Positions 27,561 through 38,385 of a DNA stretch of 64,000 nucleotides are shown here, one piece after another. The stretch's first letter is position 1. The number at the start of each line of letters is the position of its first letter. The DNA lies in assembly GCA_002368795.1 (NCBI GenBank), contig DFFG01000003.1:1-64000 (forward strand). The letters are read 5' to 3'. The stretch comes from Eubacterium sp. UBA3782. Lineage in GTDB: Bacteria; Bacillota; Clostridia; Lachnospirales; Lachnospiraceae. Position numbers and translations under genes: made by a program. The notes under the pieces are model-generated. The model did no database searches. It saw only the letters and a list, made by a program, of their open reading frames with translations, and was not told the DNA's origin.

Positions 27561-28880
27561 ATGATGCAAAACAGGAAGGGCAGAAGAATACAGATATGGA
27601 CGCTGGGCATCCTGATGTCTGCCGTCATGCTTGCAGCCTGCGGGCTTAATACTCCGAACCTTTACGAGGATACAAAGCTTGTGGCGGTGTCTGAGGTGCA
27701 GACTGGCGCCGGGACAAAAGAGCAGCAGGAAGGAGCGGCCCCTGGGACGCAGGATGTGCTTCCAACTGAACCGGGGACAGGTATCTCGCTTGAGCCTGCA
27801 GCTGACAGCGCCTTCACAGACCATCTTTCCGAAAAGGAATCCCTGTTCATCAACGGGGCCGGGCTGTTTTACTATTACACCCAGCTGGCCGAAGAAGAAC
27901 AGCAGCTGTACGATGCGCTCCATGCAGTGGCCATGGATCCCACCTCGACGGAGTATCACAAGACCGTCCATGTCACGGAAGATCCCTCCTCGAATGCCTT
28001 TATGCAGGAACTGACCATCGCCTATGAAGCGCTGATCTATGATCATCCGGAGCTGTTCTGGTTCCGGCAGAACGGCGGGAATTTCAAATTCTATTACGCG
28101 GGAGCGGAACCTGAGGACGGCTATTATACCGTGGCGGTCGGGCTGAGTGCTGTCTATGAGCGGTATGAGGAGGAAATGACCGCCTTCAACGCGGCGGCGG
28201 ACAGTTTTCTGGCCGGGATCGACATGACCCAGAGTAAGCCTTACATCGCTCTTGAGATCCACGACCGCCTGATCGAGCTGGTCAGCTATGACGATGAACT
28301 GGCGGCCATCTATGCTTCGGATCAGAGCTATGATTACGGATATTCTGCCTACGGCGCACTGGTGGAAAACAGCCGGGGCCAGGCGAACAAAGCCGTGTGT
28401 GATGGCTATTCCTATGCCTACCAGTACCTGCTGCAGCAAGCGGGGATCGATGCAGTCCGGGTGGGCGGCTATGCGGGCAATGAGACAGACGGCCTGCTTC
28501 CGCATTCCTGGAATCTGGTGTGCCTGGATGGGGAATGGTACGAGACGGATCCCACCTGGGATGACCGGGATCCGGAGATCGATACCGAACAGTACGGGGC
28601 GGATATCCTGATGCAGGCAGCCGCCGATGAGGAATTCTGGGACCGGATCCGCCACTACATGTATGGCCGCACGACGGCTGAGATAGAGAATTTTGTTCCT
28701 GACTGGACCTACACCTACTACACGGCAGGCGGGTATGTATCCTTCCTTGGACCGTCGGTCCACATTCGCGGCACAGTTCAGGGAGAAGAGGGGATGGTTG
28801 ACCTGCTTTCGGCTCTTGCCCCTGTGGCAGAGGGAACCAAATACAGCTACGAACATCTGACAGGAAACGGGAGGCCCTGA
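27561..28880 (+). CDS. Lipoprotein with a transglutaminase-like cysteine-protease core (Cys..His..Asp: CDGYSYAY, HSWNLV, DPTWDD)
   Basis: Signal peptide with lipobox LAACG. Start chosen at MMQNRKGRR rather than the ORF-track 27453. Confidence 0.65.
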   Translation: MMQNRKGRRIQIWTLGILMSAVMLAACGLNTPNLYEDTKLVAVSEVQTGAGTKEQQEGAAPGTQDVLPTEPGTGISLEPAADSAFTDHLSEKESLFINGAGLFYYYTQLAEEEQQLYDALHAVAMDPTSTEYHKTVHVTEDPSSNAFMQELTIAYEALIYDHPELFWFRQNGGNFKFYYAGAEPEDGYYTVAVGLSAVYERYEEEMTAFNAAADSFLAGIDMTQSKPYIALEIHDRLIELVSYDDELAAIYASDQSYDYGYSAYGALVENSRGQANKAVCDGYSYAYQYLLQQAGIDAVRVGGYAGNETDGLLPHSWNLVCLDGEWYETDPTWDDRDPEIDTEQYGADILMQAAADEEFWDRIRHYMYGRTTAEIENFVPDWTYTYYTAGGYVSFLGPSVHIRGTVQGEEGMVDLLSALAPVAEGTKYSYEHLTGNGRP

Positions 28881-28882
28881 CA

Positions 28883-29395
28883 ATGGCAGCTTTAAGCACA
28901 CTGTGTCATCTGAGAAAAGACGGAAAATATCTGATGCTTCACCGGACTGTGAAGAAAAATGATGTGAATCATGATAAATGGATCGGGATCGGCGGACATT
29001 TTGAGGCGGATGAGAGTCCGGAGGAATGTCTGCTCCGTGAGGTGAAGGAGGAGACCGGCTATACGCTGACCTCCTGGAAGTTCCGCGGCATCGTGACCTT
29101 TATCTCAGGAAACGGTGTAACGGAATATATGCACCTGTTTGATGCCGATGGCTTTGAAGGGGAACCCATTTCCTGCGACGAGGGCCAGCTCGAGTGGGTC
29201 GACATCGACAAGATCATGAGCCTGAACATCTGGGCAGGGGACAAGATCTTTTTCAAACTTCTGCATGAAGGGGCGCCTTTCTTTTCCCTGAAGCTCGTGT
29301 ATGACGGAAAAGACGGGCTCGTGTCGGCTGCGCTGGATGGCAGGCCCCTGGATCTGTCCCTGTATTTCAATCCTGACGGGAGCTGGAAGGCTTAG
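28883..29395 (+). CDS. NUDIX hydrolase (MutT-like)
   Basis: Nudix box GIGGHFEADESPEECLLREVKEETG. Confidence 0.75.
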   Translation: MAALSTLCHLRKDGKYLMLHRTVKKNDVNHDKWIGIGGHFEADESPEECLLREVKEETGYTLTSWKFRGIVTFISGNGVTEYMHLFDADGFEGEPISCDEGQLEWVDIDKIMSLNIWAGDKIFFKLLHEGAPFFSLKLVYDGKDGLVSAALDGRPLDLSLYFNPDGSWKA

Positions 29396-30008
29396 CATAG
29401 CCTTCAAGCAGCTGGTGGATCGCTCTGTGCAGATGGGGCAGATACTCTTCCAGCGGGGCAGGCGTCTCATAAAGGATACAGCTGTAGCAGGTGGAATTGA
29501 CCAGCTCGATGATCATGAAAAGGAGGATCTCCGGATCGCTGCATTCCAGATCGGGAGAGGAGTCAAGCAGGGAGAGGTAGAGCTGGTAGAACTCGGAGAG
29601 ATCTGCATACTCTGCCTTGCCTTCTGTTTTTACTGCACGGCGGAAAAAGCCCCAGGACAGGTTTTTGCTGATGAAGCGAAGCAGCATATGGTTTTCCTGC
29701 AGAGAACTTAGGATATAGTCGATCATGGCGGTCAGATACGCCTCAAGCGTGTCCGGGATCGCCCCTTTTGCGTTCTGGATGGACTGATGGGCTTCCAGCA
29801 GCAGCTGGGCAGACTTACGGGCGACCAGTTCGTCCCGCAGGTCATATTTATCTTTGAAATACAGGTAGAAGGTCCCCTTGGCCAGCCCGGAGCGCTGGGC
29901 AATGTCCGCGATCGTTGTTTTGGCGAATCCCCGGTCAGTGAACAGCTCATAGGCGCTGCGCAGCAGGGAGGACCTTTTGTTTTGTTTGTTGATCTCTACT
30001 TTTCCCAT
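29367..30008 (-). CDS. TetR/AcrR-family transcriptional regulator
   Basis: N-terminal HTH ...FAKTTIADIAQRSGLAKGTFYLYF. Its 3' end overlaps the Nudix gene convergently by 29 nt. Confidence 0.8.
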   Translation of the reverse strand: MGKVEINKQNKRSSLLRSAYELFTDRGFAKTTIADIAQRSGLAKGTFYLYFKDKYDLRDELVARKSAQLLLEAHQSIQNAKGAIPDTLEAYLTAMIDYILSSLQENHMLLRFISKNLSWGFFRRAVKTEGKAEYADLSEFYQLYLSLLDSSPDLECSDPEILLFMIIELVNSTCYSCILYETPAPLEEYLPHLHRAIHQLLEGYAKPSSSRQD

Positions 30009-30541
30009 GAAATCTACCTTTATGATTTGATCCGGATTGTCATTCTTCCGTCCGGTCCCGGCATGCTCTCCTTATTGTGAGAGCCCATCCGGCGGATCGC
30101 AGATGCGCACAGCAGAAGGTGCTTACGCACCGAGCGCGTCGCGGCAGGAACGCCAGGACAAAGGCTCTGTATAGTTTCTATATTCTGCCATTGTCACGAA
30201 AAATGCAAGAAGAAGAGGAGAAACTGCAGGGAGGAAGATGAAACCCCGCGGTACGAAAAACGAAAAAATTGCGGGCTTGATCTGTCCCAAAAGGGAGGAT
30301 TTAGAGGGCGAAAATTAAAAAACCACATGATGAAAATTAAAAACCACAAAGACAGAAAAAAGGTGCTGCGCCAAATGACGAAAACCGCTCCGTATTTCGC
30401 CGGAAGAATGCATTTATTTTGACGCAAACGCACAAATCTGGGTCTTTTTTATCCAAAAACCATGTTTTTCCGTTGTGAATGGCAGGAAGATGAATTATAA
30501 TGACAAGGATAAGCAAATGTCAATCAGGGAGGTATTAAAAA

Positions 30542-32515
30542 ATGACAGCCATTATCCCCGTGATCGCCATCATCGCCCTTGTATTTGCGGCGATCATGGC
30601 ATCATCCGTCAGGAAGGCAGAAGTTGGAACGGACAGGATGCGGGAGATCTCTGAGGCGATCCATGAGGGCGCCCAGGCTTTCCTTATGTCTGAGTACAAG
30701 GTCCTGGTCATCTTCGTTGTCGTCCTGTTCATCGTGATCGGTGTAGGCCTTAGAAACTGGGTTACAGCGATCTGCTTCGTCGTCGGTGCAGTATTCTCTA
30801 CGCTGGCCGGATACTTTGGCATGAGCGTAGCGACCCAGGCCAATGTCAGAACGTCTAACGCAGCTAGAACTTCCGGTATGGCCGCAGCACTCTCCGTTGC
30901 CTACCACGGCGGAGCAGTCATGGGCTTCTGCGTCGTTGGTCTTGGCCTTCTCGGCGTAAGCGCGATCTACTTTATCACCGGCAATGCGGACGTGCTCTTT
31001 GGCTACAGCCTTGGCGCTTCCTCTGTTGCTCTGTTCTCCCGTGTCGGCGGCGGTATTTATACCAAGGCAGCCGATGTCGGCGCTGACCTTGTCGGCAAGG
31101 TCGAGAACAACATCCCCGAGGATGACCCGAGAAACCCGGCCGTTATCGCTGATAACGTCGGCGACAATGTCGGTGACGTTGCCGGTATGGGCGCAGACCT
31201 GTTCGAGTCCTATGTCGGTGCCATCGTTTCTGCGATCACCCTGGGCATCGTTGCCTATGAGCAGAGCGGCGCTATGTATGCACTGGCTCTGGCTGCAGTC
31301 GGCATCGTTGCATCCATGATCGGTACCTTCTTTGTCCGGGGAACCGAGGGCGGCAATCCCCAGAAAGCCCTGAACATGGGCAGCTATGTTGCGTATGTCA
31401 TCGTGATCATCGCATCCATCGTCCTCAGCATTATGATGCTCGGAACTGTCATGCCGGCAGTTGCCGTTATCTTCGGCCTGGCCGTCGGCTTTGTGATCGG
31501 TCAGATCACCGAGATGTACACCTCCGATAAATATGCATCTGTAAAGCGTATTGCTCAGCAATCTGAGACCGGAGCAGGTACGAACATCATCACCGGCCTG
31601 GCCGTTGGTATGCGTTCCACCGTTATCCCGATCGTCTGCATCGCAGTCGGCATCTTCGCTGCCTATCGTGCAGCAGGCCTGTTCGGCATCGCTCTGGCAG
31701 CCGTCGGTATGCTGGCAACCACCGGAAGCACTATCGCTGTCGACGCATACGGCCCGATCGCCGATAATGCCGGCGGTATCGCTGAGATGTCCGGTCTGGA
31801 TGAGAGCGTCCGTGAGATCACCGATACCCTTGACTCTGTCGGAAATACCACAGCTGCCATCGGCAAGGGCTTTGCCATCGGCTCTGCGGCTCTGACCGCT
31901 CTGGCTCTGTTCGTTTCCTACGCACAGGCTGTCAAGCTGGAGTCCATCGATATTCTGGATCCCAGAGTTATCATCGGTCTCTTTATCGGTGGTATGCTTC
32001 CGTTCCTGTTCTCCGCGATCACTATGGAGTCTGTTTCCAAGGCTGCCTACAAGATGATCGAGGAGGTTCGCCGTCAGTTCCATGAGGACAGCGGCATCCT
32101 GGCAGGCACCAGCCGTCCGGATTACAAGAGCTGCGTAGGTATCTCCACAGTTGCAGCTCTGCACGAGATGATTGTTCCCGGCGTTATCGCAGCAGCAGCT
32201 CCGATCGTTGTCGGCATCATCCTTGGCACCGACGCTCTTGGCGGTATGCTTGCAGGCTCTCTGGTCACTGGTGTTCTTCTGGCGATCTTCATGTCCAACG
32301 CAGGCGGTGCCTGGGACAATGCGAAGAAGTATATCGAGACCGGCCATCACGGCGGAAAGGGCAGCGAGGCCCATCATGCAGCCGTTGTCGGCGATACAGT
32401 CGGCGATCCCTTCAAGGATACCTCTGGTCCGTCGATCAACATCCTGATCAAGCTGATGACCGTCGTTTCTCTGGTCTTCGCACCGCTGTTCATCGCCTTT
32501 GGCGGACTGCTTTAA
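30542..32515 (+). CDS. hppA: Membrane-bound proton/sodium-translocating pyrophosphatase
   Basis: [19 protein letters not shown] and [21 protein letters not shown] motifs across 16 TM helices. Confidence 0.9.
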   Translation: MTAIIPVIAIIALVFAAIMASSVRKAEVGTDRMREISEAIHEGAQAFLMSEYKVLVIFVVVLFIVIGVGLRNWVTAICFVVGAVFSTLAGYFGMSVATQANVRTSNAARTSGMAAALSVAYHGGAVMGFCVVGLGLLGVSAIYFITGNADVLFGYSLGASSVALFSRVGGGIYTKAADVGADLVGKVENNIPEDDPRNPAVIADNVGDNVGDVAGMGADLFESYVGAIVSAITLGIVAYEQSGAMYALALAAVGIVASMIGTFFVRGTEGGNPQKALNMGSYVAYVIVIIASIVLSIMMLGTVMPAVAVIFGLAVGFVIGQITEMYTSDKYASVKRIAQQSETGAGTNIITGLAVGMRSTVIPIVCIAVGIFAAYRAAGLFGIALAAVGMLATTGSTIAVDAYGPIADNAGGIAEMSGLDESVREITDTLDSVGNTTAAIGKGFAIGSAALTALALFVSYAQAVKLESIDILDPRVIIGLFIGGMLPFLFSAITMESVSKAAYKMIEEVRRQFHEDSGILAGTSRPDYKSCVGISTVAALHEMIVPGVIAAAAPIVVGIILGTDALGGMLAGSLVTGVLLAIFMSNAGGAWDNAKKYIETGHHGGKGSEAHHAAVVGDTVGDPFKDTSGPSINILIKLMTVVSLVFAPLFIAFGGLL

Positions 32516-32575
32516 TTTAAAATGGTCATTTCCTGCTGTGGCAGGAGAAGACAAACAGAATCAATAGCCATTGCA

Positions 32576-32605
32576 GGCGGGATCTTCGGATCCCGCCTTT
32601 TTGTG
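32576..32605 (+). terminator. Intrinsic terminator of hppA (GGCGGGATC ttcg GATCCCGCC TTTTTGTG)
   Basis: Perfect 9-bp GC-rich stem, a tetraloop and a T-run. Confidence 0.7.
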
Positions 32606-32620
32606 TACAAAAGCGAAGGT

Positions 32621-32689
32621 TAAAAAATGACCAAAATTCATTTTTGAAAGGCACAAGATTTGTGAAAAGTGATAATTGACCATTGGTCA
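32621..32689. promoter_or_regulatory. Two operator-like palindromes upstream of the MMPL gene (AAAAATGA-N7-TCATTTTT at ~32623-32645 and TGACCA-T-TGGTCA at 32677-32689)
   Basis: Perfect dyad symmetry read directly from the sequence. Confidence 0.35.
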
Positions 32690-32721
32690 TTTTTGGACTA
32701 TTCTTTTCACAAAATTTCAAG

Positions 32722-34860
32722 ATGAATCAGGAGATGATAGATGTGATACAGACTGGGAAATGGATCGCACGGCACAGGATACTGATCCTGGCCATCGGGA
32801 TCTTTCTTCTGCTGCCTTCGGTCTGGGGTATGGTGCATATGCGGACAAATTACGATCTGCTGACCTACCTGCCGGAGAGTATTGAGACGGTGAGCGGGCA
32901 GCAGACGATCATTGACGAGTATGGCATGGGTGCCTTTTCCATGATCGTAGTGGAGAACAAGGCGCTGAAGGATGTGGCAGAACTGGAGGCGGACCTCGAG
33001 GATCTGGAGCACGTAAAGGATGTCCTTTGGTACGACGATGCTGCGGATATCAGCCTTCCGGTGGAGATGCTGCCTGCCGACCTGAGAGAAAAGTTTTTCC
33101 ACGGGGACGCAACGATGATGCTCGTTCTCCTGGATGAAGGCACCTCTTCGGACGCTTCGATGGACACGATTGCTGAAATACGCGGCATCTGCGATGAGGA
33201 CTGCTATGTGGGAGGCATGACGGCGATCCTGAGTGATCTGAGAGATCTGGCTGACCGGGAGGTACCGATCTACGTTACCATCGCCGTGCTTCTTTCGCTG
33301 GTCGTGATGCAGCTGCTCTGCGATTCCTTTCTGGTTCCGTTCCTGTTCCTCGCAGACATTGGGTTTGCGATCATCTATAACCTTGGGACGAACTTTATGT
33401 TTGGGGAGATCTCCTATATTACCAAGGCAGTAGCAGCTGTTCTGCAGCTGGGCGTCACGATGGATTATTCTATTTTCCTTCTGGGCAGCTACCGGGAATA
33501 CAAGGAAAAGTATCCGGAGGACAGTGAACGGGCGATGGGACATGCGATCGCCAGCACCTTCCGGTCTGTTGTGGGAAGTTCGGTCACAACGATCGCCGGG
33601 TTTATTGCACTTTGCTTTATGACATTTACCCTGGGGCTTGATATGGGCATCGTTATGGCAAAGGGCGTTATTTTCGGCGTGATCTGCTGTCTGACGATCC
33701 TTCCTGCACTGATCCTGCTGTTTGAGCGGGCCATTGAAAAAACGACACACCGGCCGCTTCTGGGGGATCTGCAGAAGCTGTCCGATTTTATTACTTCCCA
33801 CAGCCGGCTGTGGATCCTGCTTTTTGTCATCCTGTTTATCCCGGCCCTATGGGGACAGAATCATCTGGAGGTCTATTATGATATGGCGGCGTCTCTTCCG
33901 GAGTCGCTTCCGTCCAAGATCGCGATCCGGAAGACGGAGGAGGATTTTGGAAGCACGACCATCCATATGATCCTGATGGACGCAGACCTTCCGGCAAAGG
34001 ACAAGAAGGCAATGCTCGATGAGATCAGCCAGGTGGACGGCGTGACCTGGTGCCTGGGCCTGAACTCCCTGATAGGCACGAGCGTACCGGAGGAAGTCAT
34101 TCCGGAAAACGTAAAGAGCATGCTGCAGAGCGGCGAGCATGAGCTTGCCTTTATCAGCACAGGATATTATGACGGATCAGAAGAGGTAAATGCCCAGATC
34201 GATGAGATCAACGCGGTCATGGACCGCTATGACGATGGTGCAGTGCTGATCGGAGAGGCTCCTCTGACAAAGAATCTGATGGAGATCACCGATGTGGATT
34301 TTATGCACGTAAATACGATCTCCATCGGAATCATCTTTGTGATCATTCTTCTGCTGTTCCGGTCGATCAGCCTTCCGGTACTCCTGGAGACGGCAATTGA
34401 GTTTGCCATTATGGTCAATCTGGCGATTCCGTATTATATGGGGACCAAGCTTCCCTTCGTGGCCAGCATTATCCTGGGTACGGTACAGCTGGGATCGACT
34501 GTGGACTATGCGATCCTGATGACCACCCGGTACCAGAAGGAGAGACAGCGGGGACTGGACAAAGCAGATGCCGTACAGATCATGCATCGGACCTGCATGC
34601 CGTCGATCATCACCAGCGGCGCGGCCTTCTTTGCCGCAACCTTTGGCGTGGCAGTATATTCTGAGATCGATGTGATCCGCTCGATCTGTCTGCTCCTTGC
34701 CCGTGGAGCACTGATCAGTATGGTAGTCGTTATTCTTGTTCTGCCGGGTATGTTTTTGATCTTTGACTGGTTGATCTGCAGGACATCGGCAGACTTTTTG
34801 GGAAGGAAAAAGAAAAAAGACAGAGTGGAAATGATAGAAGAAAGAGGCGAAGCATCATGA
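32722..34860 (+). CDS. MMPL/RND-superfamily transporter (two 6-TM halves with ...DYSIFLL / ...DYAILM motifs)
   Basis: Start uncertain. The ORF-track Met at 32683 lacks an RBS, 32722 (MNQEM) and a GTG at 32743 after AGGAG are alternatives. The stop overlaps the next gene (ATGA). Confidence 0.7.
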   Translation: MNQEMIDVIQTGKWIARHRILILAIGIFLLLPSVWGMVHMRTNYDLLTYLPESIETVSGQQTIIDEYGMGAFSMIVVENKALKDVAELEADLEDLEHVKDVLWYDDAADISLPVEMLPADLREKFFHGDATMMLVLLDEGTSSDASMDTIAEIRGICDEDCYVGGMTAILSDLRDLADREVPIYVTIAVLLSLVVMQLLCDSFLVPFLFLADIGFAIIYNLGTNFMFGEISYITKAVAAVLQLGVTMDYSIFLLGSYREYKEKYPEDSERAMGHAIASTFRSVVGSSVTTIAGFIALCFMTFTLGLDMGIVMAKGVIFGVICCLTILPALILLFERAIEKTTHRPLLGDLQKLSDFITSHSRLWILLFVILFIPALWGQNHLEVYYDMAASLPESLPSKIAIRKTEEDFGSTTIHMILMDADLPAKDKKAMLDEISQVDGVTWCLGLNSLIGTSVPEEVIPENVKSMLQSGEHELAFISTGYYDGSEEVNAQIDEINAVMDRYDDGAVLIGEAPLTKNLMEITDVDFMHVNTISIGIIFVIILLLFRSISLPVLLETAIEFAIMVNLAIPYYMGTKLPFVASIILGTVQLGSTVDYAILMTTRYQKERQRGLDKADAVQIMHRTCMPSIITSGAAFFAATFGVAVYSEIDVIRSICLLLARGALISMVVVILVLPGMFLIFDWLICRTSADFLGRKKKKDRVEMIEERGEAS

Positions 34861-37800
34861 ATAAAAGCAACAGAAATTCCGGCATACAAAGCCATGCAAA
34901 TGCGGCACTGGCGGTCTCGATGGCTGCTTTTCTGGGACTGCTGCCGGCAGCTCCGGCAATGGCTGCTGAGACAAAGGAAGATGTGCACAAGGACGAGACG
35001 GTATATGTGGTTGCCGACCCGGCCGGGGAAGCCAGGGACATCATTGTTTCCGATCATCTGGTCAATGACGGGGGACTGAAGGAAATCAAAGATCAGTCCT
35101 CGCTCTCGGACATTGAGAACACAAAGGGAGATGAGACCTTCAGCGGTCCGGAAGCCTCCATGACCTGGTCGGCAGACGGGAAGGATATTTATTATGAAGG
35201 AACCTCAGACAACAGCCTGCCGGTGGGCGTAAGCCTGAAGTATTATCTGGACGGACAGGAGATCACGGCAGAAGAGCTGGCAGGAAAAAGCGGCAGACTG
35301 ACCATTGAGATCCACTACGCCAACAATACCGGGAAACAGATGAAGATCGGCAGCCGCACAGAGGATATGAAGAGTCTCTTTGTCATGATGACCGGGATGC
35401 TGCTTCCCGATGATGTTTTCTCCAATGTAACGGTCGATAACGGCAAGGTCATTGATGACGGCAGCCGTCAGATCGCTCTGGCCTTCGGAGTGCCGGGACT
35501 TCGGGAATCCCTGAACCTGGAGGAGACGGCCGGAAAACTTGCAAAGGAAACAGAGAAAGAAAGCAAAGACGGCAGCATGAAAGAGATCAGCCGCCTTCTG
35601 TCCGGAGAAGGACTCACGGATACGGTGAAGATTACTGCGGATGTGAAGGATTTTTCCATGGGACAGACCATAACGGTGGCGGTATCCGACCTGTTCAATG
35701 ATCTGGATCTTTCCGACGAAGACAGCCTGGAGGACCTGTCCAAAGGCATAGACGAGCTTGAGACGGCGACCCGCCAGCTGGTAGATGGAAGCGGAGAGCT
35801 TCTGGAGGGTACCAGGACACTGAAAGACAAATATGGTGAGCTCGACAGCGGGATCGGGACGCTGAAAAACGGGATCGATACGGCTGCCGATGGCGCCGGG
35901 GCTGCCGCAGATGGAGCGGAGCGTCTGAGCAAGGGAGCAGAAGAGCTGAATACCGGTGCCAAAACAGCCCGGAAAGGCGCGAAGTCCCTGGCCGGAGGTG
36001 TAAAGGATTATACCGATGGTACACAGAAGATCCAGGCAGGTGCGGAGAAGGTGAAGGATGGAACAGCCTCTGCAGCAGAAGGGGCAGAGACACTGGCCGA
36101 AGGGATCCATGCCTACACAGGAGGCGTGGCAGAACTTGCCGGGGGAACCGGAACCCTGAAGGAAGGTGCCGATAATGCCGGGAAGGGTGCCGCAGATCTG
36201 TCGTCCGGAATCACGGCTTACACGGATGGTGTATCGTCGCTATCTGCAGGCGCCAAATCCCTGAGCACGGGCGCCGCAGGCCTGTCGGAGGGCATCGAAA
36301 ACTATTCCGCCGGTGTGGACAGTCTGGCGGACGGCATACATACCTATGTGGACGGGATCAGCCAGCTGACCGGCGCAGATACCGGAGAAAAGCTGCAGAC
36401 GCTGGTCGAGGGACTGGATGGCCTGGCTGCTGGCATGGAAGCGCTGGACAAGGAGGTATCCTCCGACGAAGGAAGTCTGTCTGCCATCGAGGATAGCGCT
36501 TCAAAGCTTGCAGAGGCTGCCGCATCACTGGATGCCGGAGCCGAAGCATTGGTCGGTACCATTGAAAGCACGGAAACCGGGACCGGCAGCCTGGAGACGC
36601 TGAAGACGTCCATAGGTCAGGCAAAAGGCGCCGTACAGGGACTGCAGAAAAGTCTGGCAGGACAGCAGGCGGCGATGGAAGCCCAGATCCGCACAGCAGC
36701 AGCCCAGGCGGCTACTTCAGCAGCTCAGAATGCCGTATCCGGTGCATATAGCACTGCCGCAGGCAGCGCAGCTTCTGCTGCCGCCACTTCAGCCGTATCT
36801 GAGAAATATGCAGCAGCACAAAGTGCAGTCAGCCAGCAGATCAGCAGCCTTCAGGCGCAGAGAGATGCGCTGGCAGCAGATAACACCGATGGCAAAAACG
36901 ACAGTGCCATCGCTGCCCTTGACAGTGCGGTAAGCGGTCTGAACAGCCTGCAGGGCAGTTTTGGAGATCCGAGCGTAAATGTTTCCGTGAGTGTGGATGC
37001 ATCTGCCGTCAATGTAGGATCTGAGGCATTTTCCGGGCTGAGCCTGGCAGACACCTTCAGCAGCCTGAATGCCAGCCTGTCCGGTATCAGCGGCAGCCTG
37101 GAGACGATCGAAGGACAGATCAAGGCTCCGGATCAGACCGGCAGTGCAAAAGCGGATCCAGGCGAAGCCCTGAAACAGCTAAAGGATGGCACCTCTGCGC
37201 TGAGCAGTCAGATGGCAGCTCTTGCCCAGGGTATTTCCGGATACAGAAGCGGGCTCTCCCAGAACACAGGAGAACTGAGCAAAGGAGCCAGGACACTGAG
37301 CACATCAGCAGAAGAAGGCATCGGCAGTCTGACAGAAGGAATGGAATCTCTCAGCCAGGGAGGTACAGCCCTGAAGGATGGTGCTGACAAGCTTGTTGGT
37401 GCGGGTGCGGACCTCAAAGCCGGCACAGCAGCGGTGACCGGCGGTGTATCCACGCTCCAGGAAGGAGCAGCAGCTCTGGAAGCCAATTCTCCGGCCCTGA
37501 AGGAAGGCGCAAAAACGCTTGCCGGCGGACTCCTGGATCTGTCAGCGGGCATCGGTCAGCTGAAGGACGGAGCAGATAAGCTGGATGGCAATTCTGAAAA
37601 ACTGAACGCCGGAGCGGATGCGCTGAAGACCGGAGCCTCCGAGCTGAAAACAGGGGCATCGGATCTGTATAAAGGATGCCAGACGCTGAACGAAAACGCA
37701 CCTGCCCTGACCTCGGGCGCAAATGAGCTTGCCGGTGGACTGCTGGATCTGTCCGAAGGGACAGCCACACTGAAAAAGGGTGCGGATGCGCTTTCTTCCG

Positions 37801-38126
37801 GAAATAGCACCCTGAGCAGCGGCATGGATCAGCTGGCCGGCGGAGCAGCTGCCCTCAAGGAGGGAAGCGGCAAGGTCACCGAAGGGATCGGAGCCCTGGA
37901 AAGTGGTGCTGAGCAGCTGTCTGATGGAATGGAAAAATACCAGGAGGAAGCGATCCTGTCTCTGACAGATGTGCTTCGGACCATCAGTACAGATTACGAG
38001 GAAGCAAAGGAACGGCTGCTGGCACTGACCTCAGACGAACTTACCTATACAAATTACAGCGGGATCCCGGATGGAATGGATGGAAGCGTGAAATTCATTA
38101 TCACGACAGAAGAGATCGGAAGCTGA
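34857..38126 (+). CDS. Secreted YhgE/Pip-like surface protein built from dozens of L-x-x-G-x-x-x heptad repeats
   Basis: Signal peptide, then about 700 aa of ...LSKGAEELNTGAKTARKGAKSLAGGVKDYTDG... repeats. Confidence 0.7.
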   Translation: MNKSNRNSGIQSHANAALAVSMAAFLGLLPAAPAMAAETKEDVHKDETVYVVADPAGEARDIIVSDHLVNDGGLKEIKDQSSLSDIENTKGDETFSGPEASMTWSADGKDIYYEGTSDNSLPVGVSLKYYLDGQEITAEELAGKSGRLTIEIHYANNTGKQMKIGSRTEDMKSLFVMMTGMLLPDDVFSNVTVDNGKVIDDGSRQIALAFGVPGLRESLNLEETAGKLAKETEKESKDGSMKEISRLLSGEGLTDTVKITADVKDFSMGQTITVAVSDLFNDLDLSDEDSLEDLSKGIDELETATRQLVDGSGELLEGTRTLKDKYGELDSGIGTLKNGIDTAADGAGAAADGAERLSKGAEELNTGAKTARKGAKSLAGGVKDYTDGTQKIQAGAEKVKDGTASAAEGAETLAEGIHAYTGGVAELAGGTGTLKEGADNAGKGAADLSSGITAYTDGVSSLSAGAKSLSTGAAGLSEGIENYSAGVDSLADGIHTYVDGISQLTGADTGEKLQTLVEGLDGLAAGMEALDKEVSSDEGSLSAIEDSASKLAEAAASLDAGAEALVGTIESTETGTGSLETLKTSIGQAKGAVQGLQKSLAGQQAAMEAQIRTAAAQAATSAAQNAVSGAYSTAAGSAASAAATSAVSEKYAAAQSAVSQQISSLQAQRDALAADNTDGKNDSAIAALDSAVSGLNSLQGSFGDPSVNVSVSVDASAVNVGSEAFSGLSLADTFSSLNASLSGISGSLETIEGQIKAPDQTGSAKADPGEALKQLKDGTSALSSQMAALAQGISGYRSGLSQNTGELSKGARTLSTSAEEGIGSLTEGMESLSQGGTALKDGADKLVGAGADLKAGTAAVTGGVSTLQEGAAALEANSPALKEGAKTLAGGLLDLSAGIGQLKDGADKLDGNSEKLNAGADALKTGASELKTGASDLYKGCQTLNENAPALTSGANELAGGLLDLSEGTATLKKGADALSSGNSTLSSGMDQLAGGAAALKEGSGKVTEGIGALESGAEQLSDGMEKYQEEAILSLTDVLRTISTDYEEAKERLLALTSDELTYTNYSGIPDGMDGSVKFIITTEEIGS

Positions 38127-38194
38127 GAATGCTTGACATTTATGTCAGGGGGAATATAATTAGCAGTGGAGGAAGGTTCCTCCGGAGAATTTCA

Positions 38195-38365
38195 TAACTG
38201 ATCTTCAGGGCGGGGTGCAATTCCCCACTGGCGGTAAAGTCCGCGAACCGAAAGGCCGAACCGGTGAAACTCCGGTACCAACAGTACAGTCTGGATGAAA
38301 GAAGATACCAAATTTGTTTTTAAATTTTGCAATGCCCTGGATCTTTGATTCGGGGCATTTTTCTG
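38195..38365 (+). promoter_or_regulatory. FMN riboswitch (RFN element) with an intrinsic terminator expression platform
   Basis: CTTCAGGGCGGGGTGCAATTCCCCACTGGCGGTAAAGTCCGCGA...GGTGAAACTCCGGTACCAACAGTACAGTCTGGATGAAAGAAGAT matches the RFN consensus. Terminator ATGCCC..GGGGCAT TTTTT at about 38330-38362. Confidence 0.85.
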
Positions 38366-38385
38366 TCCCGGGAGAGGAGAGAAAC

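Noticed and set aside
30602-32554. 650-aa minus-strand ORF
   Set aside because: Antisense to hppA, with Asp/Gly/Cys-rich nonsense composition.
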